The notes under the pieces were generated by a model. It was not told the origin of the DNA. It worked only from the letters and a program-made list of their open reading frames with translations, and did not search any database. Positions 12,577 through 22,209 of a stretch of DNA of 64,000 nt are shown piece by piece. Origin of the DNA: Diadema antillarum (taxonomy: Eukaryota). The DNA lies in the NCBI RefSeq assembly GCF_040938485.1, contig NW_027270981.1, positions 1,054,001-1,118,000 of the forward strand, in the 5' to 3' direction. A program made the translations under genes and the position numbers. Each line of letters opens with the position of its first letter. Positions within the stretch are counted from its first letter, which is position 1.

Positions 12577-12881
12577 GGTACCCGCACCTCGTCAGGGTTC
12601 CAAATATCGTCACCCTGCATAAAATTGCTACAATTAGTGCACTGAACAAAAATTTACACCTGGGACTGTGTTCAGTAGGCTTAAAACTTTGCAGGGTTAC
12701 CACAGCCAAGCAAACTGAGGTGGAAACCAAACAGTTTTTCTTGAAAATCTTACATTTACATAAGGAATGTGTGTGATCAGTATCATCACACACACCCATA
12801 TATCTTTTACGTGCTTGACTATGGGAGAGCTGGGTTGAAACATGCATCACAAATATTAACTGTGACGAGGTGCGGGTCACC
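12577..12881. mobile_element. MITE, ~300 bp, in the TLR-B 3' flank
   Basis: TIR core cccgcacctcgtca (12581) / tgacgaggtgcggg (12863); not present in the TLR-C/D paralogous flanks (~21900, ~30990). Confidence 0.75.
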
Positions 12882-13271
12882 CAAACAGAAACACCTTGGT
12901 ATTCCTGATAAACATTGCGCATGACCGTTTCTACCATGGGAAAAGAAACAAAAAGTCTAATTCACATGAGAGCTGTACATTGGTGATAATACATCACATA
13001 ATTCACATTCACATCTCAAATTATGTGCATTTTGTGCAATGTTTGAAATATCACCTTAAGTACCACATTATGATGTATTTCACTGTGTATCTGCATTCAC
13101 ATAATGAAATACCACTGTATTTCTTTATCAGTGTGAAAGCACATACCTGTTGCTTGAGGTCTATGCATGAAAATCAGGCAATCTTATCTTAATGTCATCA
13201 ACCCTGCCATACATCAATCTGTGTCTTTTAGCCTTCCCTTGTAAAGACATTTCCTTTTCAGCTCACAGAAT

Positions 13272-16049
13272 TCAGCATGATTCAATTGGTATGTAATTGA
13301 ATTCCTCTCGTATGAGCTTGTGTCGAAATTGCTCCCAGAACAAATCTTGCCTGTCTGTATTCTTAGCCCACATCAAGGTAGCTCTGTTGGCATTCAGGAG
13401 AAGTCGTACCAGATAGGGGAGTTGATCGTCGGAGATTTCCTCAAGGAAAATCAGTGTGACTCTGTCCAATCTGGTCTCATTAAGGTGTTCCAGAGCCATC
13501 CGCACCTTGGACATGAACCATGTGTCTGCCACTGACTCGTTGCTTAGTACGAGAAGGGTCTTGTAGCTGATTTCCATGGCATTGTATAGGGCGTCCACGT
13601 AGTGCATACCAGCATTCAGGTAGTTGTCAGCCCACAGAATGTTTGTGAAGTATGGAAACCTCTCTTCCATAGCAGGCTTCATGGTGCCATCGATCCATTC
13701 CGCATCAGCATCGTTGAACATGACATTGAGCTGGTATTGGTAGTTGTCGGCATTGTGCTCCTCAAGGTCCTCATATCCACGAATGGCCATTTTCATGAGG
13801 CAGACCTTGTTCCTCAGCCACCATCGCTTGCGATAAGCAAGCACACAGAGGAGTGATAGTACTATGAGTACCAGAAATGTTGTCACAATAGGCATGGCCA
13901 GACTCACAGCGCAAAGCTCCTCAGGATGAAACTGCAGGAGGGGTTTGTTGGCAGTACCCATCGTGGATGTCCTTTCACAGACAGTCTTGTTAGCATGCAT
14001 AAGTGCAATGTTATCGGTGTCCAGCAGAGTTCTGAACCATGCCAACTCACAGGAGCAGAGAATTGGATTTTTGGACAAATCAATTTCCACATTTTTTGGG
14101 AATACTGTGCCTGGAAGCACAGTACTCACATGATTCTGTGACATAAATATTTTTGAAAGATTAGGTGTGCTGTTGAACAGTGTGACTGGAATAGACTGTA
14201 TCAAATTGTCTTGAACAAAAACAGAATTAAGTTCTTGCAAGCCACAGAGTGTTTGTGTGTGCAATTTTATGAGTTGGTTGCCATGCAAACGCAAACTTGT
14301 GAGATGAGTAAGGCTATCAAACAGTTTTGCTTTGACAGCTGTAATTTTAGAATTGGAAATATCCAATACCTTGAGTTTAGTCAGTGGATCAAATGTACCA
14401 GGCTCCAATTTGTCTAATGTGTTGCCTCGCAAGAAGAGTTGTTCCAAAGATTTCAGGCCCAAGAACAAGGATGACTTATTGGAACTGTTGAACAGCTGCT
14501 CACTGGTTAATTTGGTGAAACTCATGTCAAGCATTACGAGGGATGCAGTACCACTAAATTGATCTGTTGAATTCATCTTCAGAGGAGACTTGGATAGGTC
14601 CAGTTTTTGCAGTTCATTCATGATACAGAAATCCCCTCGTAGATAGAGGTATTTCTCATTTACAAGCACCAGTTCTTTCATCGTCTTTGTGTGAGCAAAT
14701 GCTGAATTAAGGTCAGACCCAATATCATTGTGAGACATGTTCAGATACTGCAAATGAGAAAGTCCCCCAAATGAATACTTTGTTAAATGTGTTATTTTGT
14801 TGAAGGAGATGTCAAGATTTTCAAGTTTTGTTATAGAGGGAAATTTCTCCTGACTAAGCCCAATTACATTGTGAGACAAGTTTAGAAGGAGTATTGAATA
14901 CAACCCCTTAAAGGAGGCAGGATTTAGTGTCCTTATCCTGTTGTAAGATATCAGTAGTTTAAGGAGATTTGCATTGCAATGAAAGATACCATTTGGCAGG
15001 GACACAATCTCATTATGTGATAGGTCAAGAACCTGCAAGGATTGTAGTCCACAGAAAGATGTGTATAGGATGCTCCTAACCTTATTGCTCTGTATAATTA
15101 GAGTATGTGTATTATTCAGTCCCCAAAATGCAAACTCAGGAATTCTCTGAATGGCATTGTGTGTCAAATCTATGATCTTGATGTTTGGAAAACTGAAGTT
15201 GTATGATGATGAATTAACAGGGATTATTTCCTCAATGGATGAGCTATGTAGGGATAACTCAATGATATATGCTTCGCCCATGAATGCCAGGACCTCAAGC
15301 GCTTTAATGTTCATCCCATGGAGCAAAATGCTGCTGACGAAAGGAAGTTCAGAGAATAGCATTGGTCCTAGCTTATGAAGCCGCTTGTTTCTACTCAGAC
15401 CTAAAGATGACAATAAACAATTCTTCAGAGGTAGAAAGTCATGCTGTTGGATAGATGACAGGTTGTTTTGCGACAAATCGATGGATATATTGTCCCATCT
15501 AGATAAAGGATCAAAATGGAGGGACTGTATCCTGTTCGCTGAAAGAGAAAGTTGTGTCAGCTTTGGTGACCCTGCAAAGGCTGCACTGGGCATTGAAGTC
15601 AAATTTGTCTTTATGAGAGGCAGAGTTTCAAGGTTGATGTTTGCATGAAACCATCCATTTTGAATTTCGGTTAACTTGTTGTTTGATAAAATCAGTATTT
15701 GAAGTTGTTCAAGAGAGGAGAAGGTGCCATTTTCAATGTGAATGAGCCGGTTATATGCCACAATTAGCTTGAGGAGATTTCCAAGGCTTTGAAAGGAATT
15801 TTGCAGAAGTTCTGACATCCAGTTATTAGACAGATTCAAAATGACAGTATCATTTGGAAGGTCTCCAGGAACTGCCGTCAAGTTTAGTTTTCTACAGTCA
15901 ACATTAGTACCTTCTTTACTGCAATTGAGACAACAGTGATCTTTGCGGAACACCGTTCCTTTTCTTGTTCCGATCAGTTCTGATGAAAACAGGCCTCCTA
16001 TCCATAGAAACGTGAAGAGGTAGAATGCAGTGCAAATGTGAGTATGCAT
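13272..16049 (-). CDS. Toll-like receptor TLR-B (single-exon LRR-TM-TIR)
   Basis: 925-aa ORF: signal peptide, LRR-NT (HCC..C..DC), LRR array, NPILCSC LRR-CT, TM, TIR ending EEFNYIPIESC. Confidence 0.96.
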   Translation of the reverse strand: MHTHICTAFYLFTFLWIGGLFSSELIGTRKGTVFRKDHCCLNCSKEGTNVDCRKLNLTAVPGDLPNDTVILNLSNNWMSELLQNSFQSLGNLLKLIVAYNRLIHIENGTFSSLEQLQILILSNNKLTEIQNGWFHANINLETLPLIKTNLTSMPSAAFAGSPKLTQLSLSANRIQSLHFDPLSRWDNISIDLSQNNLSSIQQHDFLPLKNCLLSSLGLSRNKRLHKLGPMLFSELPFVSSILLHGMNIKALEVLAFMGEAYIIELSLHSSSIEEIIPVNSSSYNFSFPNIKIIDLTHNAIQRIPEFAFWGLNNTHTLIIQSNKVRSILYTSFCGLQSLQVLDLSHNEIVSLPNGIFHCNANLLKLLISYNRIRTLNPASFKGLYSILLLNLSHNVIGLSQEKFPSITKLENLDISFNKITHLTKYSFGGLSHLQYLNMSHNDIGSDLNSAFAHTKTMKELVLVNEKYLYLRGDFCIMNELQKLDLSKSPLKMNSTDQFSGTASLVMLDMSFTKLTSEQLFNSSNKSSLFLGLKSLEQLFLRGNTLDKLEPGTFDPLTKLKVLDISNSKITAVKAKLFDSLTHLTSLRLHGNQLIKLHTQTLCGLQELNSVFVQDNLIQSIPVTLFNSTPNLSKIFMSQNHVSTVLPGTVFPKNVEIDLSKNPILCSCELAWFRTLLDTDNIALMHANKTVCERTSTMGTANKPLLQFHPEELCAVSLAMPIVTTFLVLIVLSLLCVLAYRKRWWLRNKVCLMKMAIRGYEDLEEHNADNYQYQLNVMFNDADAEWIDGTMKPAMEERFPYFTNILWADNYLNAGMHYVDALYNAMEISYKTLLVLSNESVADTWFMSKVRMALEHLNETRLDRVTLIFLEEISDDQLPYLVRLLLNANRATLMWAKNTDRQDLFWEQFRHKLIREEFNYIPIESC

Positions 16050-17238
16050 TGTGGGCTCCCTCAGTCATCAATGCCTGAAGAATTGCTTGAAAACTCATTG
16101 AATGTCATTACTCCTTGAATAAGCAGTGAGACAATTTATCATTACAGAGATGGAACTCGTCGTCAATGGAAGTTATACCGCCCAAAGTGGTGACAGACAC
16201 CAAGAAGATGCACTGTGAAGAATATGTGAGAAAGTAAATTGCCTTCCTCTTCTATAATTACCAGGATAGTTGATGCACCAATTTCTTGTGATCTCGGCAA
16301 GCAAAATTTTGAACCAACATCAGTGCATCACGATCGTATAACAAAAAGTCCTTTGTCGAAAGAGCTCTAGCAAGTAGAGAATATCCTGTGCATGTGGTAT
16401 ATGAAAAGAGTCTAACAAATTCTCTCACTGGTGGCAGTAGTGACTGTAATGACTTGTGACATGCTCTTTGTATGCCTGTCAGCTTTGAAAACAGAAACAT
16501 CATTAATAAGTGCAAAAGTAGGGACAGGCTAGCTGCTTCCTGCATGTTTTATAACTTGCATGTGATTGGACTGTTTTATGAGAACTTGTGTGTGCGCGTG
16601 CACTTTAGCTTCACTGGTGGTTTTGTTTATAGTGTGTCGTCAGTGTAGGCTTCCTTTCCGCAGTTTAGGCCTATATTGTGATCATATTACTAACAATAGC
16701 AATGATTATTTCTGAGTGTATGAAATGTGATGAGTGCAGAGACACCATCCAATACAATTCTGTGGTATTAGTACAATAAAGAGAGTGAAATATGATAACA
16801 CGATATTGCCTCTTGAAAGTACAACTTTTCATCTTTTGAATGCAAAAAAAAAAAAAATGAAGCCAATATTAACCACGGAAAACTGCGGAAAACTGCTCAT
16901 CACGTAGAAATATGTACTACTTACTTCCTGTAACCTCTACAAAAATATTGAACGATGAGCCTAAATGGGCGGGAAATATGTGGATGCTTTAAAATTTTCT
17001 CATCTAATGATAAAGTAGCAACAATTTACTCGCCTGTTTGTACCAGGGAATTTTTTTTTCTGACATTTTACTGGTCCAGAGCCAATGGGCTAGTGGTGGT
17101 ATTAAGGTTTCATGAAAATCTGATTTCCTCTCAAAAATCTGATTTTGTTTTTAAGGATGTCCCATCTGTTTTGTTTTTTGTTTGTTTTGTTTTGTTTTGT
17201 TTTAATAATGTCAAGAAGCTGGTATCTCTGTGAGTGGT

Positions 17239-17242
<4 letters not shown>

Positions 17243-17293
<51 letters not shown>

Positions 17294-17301
17294 AAGAGAG
17301 A
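17243..17301. repeat. (GA)n microsatellite ~1.2 kb upstream of TLR-B
   Basis: (AG)21 followed by a degenerate purine tail. Confidence 0.95.
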
Positions 17302-18072
17302 TGTGCACCTGAGACATTGGTTGACACATTTTAATTGCAAGGTTAATCAATTCTGTAGAAAGATATTAAAAAGATATATTATGCCCTCTCATGTAGTTCC
17401 ATCTGTACAGATCAGCAACAATGTTGTGCCGTTTGAGATTGGTTTCACTTCAATAAGTGTATGGTTGCACCACAATCACCGTATGTAAGAAGACTACGCA
17501 ACAGCTCTCATGTAGCGATATTGCTGTGTTCAATACTCTGTTTCTTCTCAGTGAGGGCTAGAAATTATCATGAATTTTGTGTGCTCACAGGTGATAAAAT
17601 GATCTGATATATATTGGGATATGTTTGTTTTTTATTTCCTCTTCAAAATCACTGCATTCCTTGTTGTTTTTTAATAAGAGCTGTGATACAAAATGATGGT
17701 GTAGTGCTTTTTTTTTGGGGGGGGGGGAATATCTTGCATATTGTTGACTGAATTCCCATAATGAATAGAAAATAAAGTTTTCTCCAAGATACCTATATCA
17801 GGGCTTGACAATAACTTTTTCTTTTAGTGGCCTGACAATGAAATTTAATCCCTGAGGGCTACAGCTAATGTTCAGCCTTGCATACATGATGTTGTATAAT
17901 ATGTTTATTAGAATACAGATAAAACTAGAGAGATATTGAAACAATGTAAATGATATTTCCTAGCTTATGTTGAGTCATAGTAAGTGCTCATGGAGAACTT
18001 TGCTGTCTCAACCACCTGATGTATATTTTTAGACAAGTGATGGAGATGTCTGCCTAGATGTAAGACACTTAA

Positions 18073-18157
18073 CCCGTTGAGGACGAGTCCCGAGTATACT
18101 CGGGCAGGGGTCTATGGGAAATGGGTGTTGTAGCAAAATCAGTCCGTCCTCAACGGG
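18073..18157. mobile_element. 85-bp piggyBac-type MITE
   Basis: TTAA|CCCGTTGAGGACG ... CGTCCTCAACGGG|TTAA; the paralog at ~27562 has a single TTAA (gacacTTAAtggct); internal 16-bp palindrome cccgagtatactcggg. Confidence 0.92.
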
Positions 18158-19448
18158 TTAATGGCTGCAGTCTCCATGCTGATGTATTTCAATTGTATCT
18201 CTTCCTTTATAGTGCCTGGAATCAATAGCAGTAAAATCAGAAGAAATACACAGAGTGACCATATTTTGTCTTTTATGCTGTTCCCAAAACTTAGCACATT
18301 GATGCCAAAAAGAACATTTCTGGTAATAAAAAGGACCCAGTAAAATAAGTTTATTCTTTAAACTGATATTGAAGTTTATTCTGCAAACTGATATTGACAC
18401 AGCTCAAGTGTAATGTACAAAAAAAAATCAAACCAATTATACATCTTTGCAGCTTCCATTCATATAATTTTGCATTTTAAAAAGTGTACTTATTCTACAA
18501 TATGTACCCATGTAAATTGGATTCAAGCCTACATACAATTGTAGGCAGCAGATATGTATCATGGTGCACTTGTGTACCATGATATATATTATTTAAATAA
18601 ATATATTTGGTGACGTTTATCATTATTGTCTGTGCCAACATGCTCTTTGTTGACAATAAGTAGAGAGTCTTGAAAGTGAAGGTCTTGCATAAATTTTTGT
18701 GGGCATCAGGTAAAGTAGTATTTTTATCTAATCTAGCATAACCTCTATACTAGAGAAGGTACTCACATAATGCTATATTACAATTCAGATAGTGTTTAAG
18801 ATCGACGAATGTCATAATGAGTTTAAGGTTTGCAGAAAAAAATTGAGAAAAAACACTCTCACACGTTGATTTTATAGAGCTATTTCCATCAAGATCTATA
18901 TTGTATCATGAGAATAGAGAACTAGTGCCCCATTTACATTACACTCTGTATTCAGGTCTCAAAGTTTCAAGTTGCATAATTATCCTTGCTAATTTGGTCT
19001 GTGAGACTTGGCTGAAATGAAGTCAGACGTTGCAGGTATGAGTGAACAGGTGAATATCTTGCATGATAGTAGAAATAATTATGACAATGGTGATTCCTCA
19101 TCACCATAGTTCTCGAAAATTACACATCTTGGTATACAGAATGTTTCAAAGTGCTTAACATTCGGACATGCAGTACATTTAACCAGTTATGACCGTATGA
19201 CATACATACTATATGTGACGTACTACATTTGAACACACAATTTGATAAAGCATAAGTTGTTCCAAATGTATGCACGCATAATTGACAGCAATGTTTTTTC
19301 TATTACGGATGACTGAAACTACTTGGTTCAAAATATTCATGAAGTAACTTTTTTTAAATTATTATTATTTTTTTTTTAATGATCCATCAGGCCACAAGTA
19401 CTTACATGCTGGTCTAGAAATATGCTAATATAAATGTGTTCTATTTTT

Positions 19449-20759
19449 ATGCCTCCGCCACAAAGTGGTGCCGAAGGCATTATGTTTTCAGGTTGTCCGT
19501 CCGTCCGTCCGTCCGTCCGCTTTCGTTTACGTGATAACTTGAGTAATATTCACTGGAATTTTACCAAATTTGGTCCAAGTATGAAGTATGATGGGGCAAT
19601 TATTTGATTAGATTTTGGGTGAAATCAGCTAAAAGTCAAAGGTCAAAGGTGAAGGTCAAATCATGAAATTGTATCCGTTTACGTGATAACTCAAGACTGG
19701 ATAGAGCAAATTTCACGAAACTTTGTTGGAGGATGATGTATGATTGGACAATTACTTGATTAGTTTTTCAGTGCAATCGGACAGAGGTCAAAGGTCAAAG
19801 ATCAAGGTAAAATCCTAAAATTGATCTGTTTACGTGATAACTCAACACTGGATGAAGCAGCTTTCACCAAACTTGGTCCAAGAATGATGTATGATGGGAC
19901 AATTAGTTGAGTAGATTTTAGTGACATTGGCAAGAGGTCAAAGGTCAAAAGGTCAAGGTCAAATGCTACAAATGTTGCAATTTCCCCCATATCTATGCAA
20001 TGCCCAAAGGTATTTTCTTGAAACTTGGTGTGGACATGTACTACTGTGTAAAGATTCTCCAGAGAGAGTTTCATGTCATAAAGTCAAAGGTCAAAAGGTC
20101 AAAGGTTAGGTAAAAATGTTGCAATATCACTTTTCTCGCAAATGGTTCAATGTATCTTCGTGGAACTTGGTACATATACGCATGTACTGACTGGCAGGGA
20201 TTATCTAGGGAATTTAGGGGTCATGGGTCAATAGTCAGGGGGTCAAAGGTCAAGGTCAACTCCTCAAAATTTTACTATTTCCCTCGTATACTAGTGTATG
20301 CAATGCTTGCATTATTAGTATCAAAACTATATGCATTACCTAATGGAGATTTTCTGGGAAATTTCCAGCCAGAAGGTCAAAGATCAAAGGTTAAGGGTCA
20401 AAGGCCAGACAGGTTTCAATGCCCCCCCCCCAAAAAAAAAAAAAACACAAAACAAAACAAAAAACAAAAACAAAAACAAACAAAACAAACAAAACATTTT
20501 GTACCATTATTACACTCTTTTTTCATACCGTGGAAATTACTCAATGCATAAACTTCAATTCCCCAAATATGTACTGCACTCTTAGAAAATTAAAGCAAAC
20601 CCAGTTCAAGACATTTCTGACAAACCTGTCATTTCAATACTTTGCCACTTATGTGAAACTGTCATGGATCACACGTTGTGAAGACATTGTAGTATACGCC
20701 TATTGGGAGACTCATGCATTATGGCGGAGGCATCAGTCGCCATAGCGACATTTCTAGTT
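19449..20759 (+). mobile_element. Helentron-associated non-autonomous element (HINE/DINE-1-like), ~1.3 kb
   Basis: 5' subTIR gcctccgcca, (GTCC)n microsatellite, 3' inverted tggcggaggc, hairpin gtcgc-cata-gcgac, end ctagtt; inserted in a T run without a TSD; paralogs at ~11690 and ~29850 are empty. Confidence 0.85.
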
Positions 20760-21240
20760 ACCCTGTGAAATAATGGTGCTTGAAAAAAAAAATTATTCAT
20801 ATTCTAAATGATAGAAATCTTAAATTATTACTTTCAGTATTACCAGCAAGCATTCACAAATAGAATAAATCTGTATTTCATGTTGATTGATTTCACTTAG
20901 GTCTCTATGTCAAACTAAATCTCTCAAGTAGAAACTATCAAATCTTCTATATTAGCAGTTCCTTTGATACAACTTTTTCCTTGGCCATCCTTTGTCATGC
21001 AGTTACAATTTTGATACAATCACAAAGTAGCCAGACACAGCATGCATTCTGTTTAACAAGTTTGTTGCAGTATACAGCATCAAAACGTAATGCTTCACTG
21101 AGCAAAGTAGTTTCACTATTCTATGGAAATTAAAGAATATGAAGAAAGATTTTTAAAAAGAACAACAAAATTTATTGACAGCATGCAGTGTCAGGAATGT
21201 TGGTCAAGCAAATGATTGATTACCTGACTGGCACAGTACA

Positions 21241-21426
21241 CAGTGGACTCCCATTATAACAAAGTCCTTGGTACCAGCAGTTTTCTTTTGTTATATCGAA
21301 ACTTTGTTATAACCGAACAATTAAACAATAGAAATACATGGAGCGGATAATGTTGCGGCCTGAATTTTTACTTTGTTGTAACCAGAATTTCGTTATAACC
21401 GTGTTCGTCATAATGGGAGTGCACTG
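21241..21426. mobile_element. Tc1/mariner (Tigger-like) MITE
   Basis: TIRs cagtggactcccattat / ataatgggagtgcactg|TA; also present at 30337, absent from the TLR-B unit (~12075). Confidence 0.8.
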
Positions 21427-22209
21427 TACATGCTCTCATACAGAGTGATGTGTAGATGATATGCTCTTGTTAATTACATATTATCCACACCTGTTCCATT
21501 TCCTTGCTATACACTCTTCCTCATGAATTTTCTTGTAAGTACATGTTGGACAAGTACAAATATACATGCTCAATAGCTGATGGTCATAACAGAAAAAAGA
21601 AAATGGTTATGGTGAAATCAATTATTTAAGATTGAACCTTTGCAATGATATACATTTCAGACAATCAGAATTCAGCGTTCAAGACCAGTTATACATTAGT
21701 GTTTTCCCCCGTAATTTCAAAACAAGACACTTCATACAACAGAGTTCAGGCTTGGTTTACCAATTCTAAAGAAGGTCCCTTCTTAATTGCGCATTTGCAG
21801 CAGAATTATCTTGGTGTTACATACCGCAGTAATTTGTTGGCACTCATCTTGTTGGCAAAAAAAAAAAGAAAATGGTAAAAAATACTGCAGTAATTCATTT
21901 GGTACTCCTATCATTCAAGAAATATGTTTCTATTCCTGATAAACATTGCGCATGCCTGTTTCTACTGTGGGAAAAGACACAAATGAATATGTCACATGAG
22001 AGCTGCACAATTGGTGCTATTACATTACATAATTCACACTCACATGTATCTCAAATTATGTGCATTTTATACAAAGTTTGAAATATCACTGCATGTAAGT
22101 GCAGTGTACCTCATTATCTCATGATGTATTTCGCATTGTATCTGCCATACATCAATCTGTGTCTTTTAGCCTTCCCTTGTAAAGACATTTCCTTTTCAGC
22201 TCACAAAAT

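Noticed and set aside
12479-12937. 152-aa minus ORF
   Set aside because: Runs through a MITE insertion and is not conserved in the paralogous flanks; no recognisable domain.
19600-20420. ~150-bp periodic repeats considered as a CRISPR-like or satellite array
   Set aside because: Eukaryotic context; the units are internal tandem repeats of the HINE element, with no unique spacers.
17102-20745. ORFs with poly-SL, poly-RE or KTKQ tracts (17102-17488, 20150-20745)
   Set aside because: Translations of (GA)n and (CAAAA)n simple repeats.
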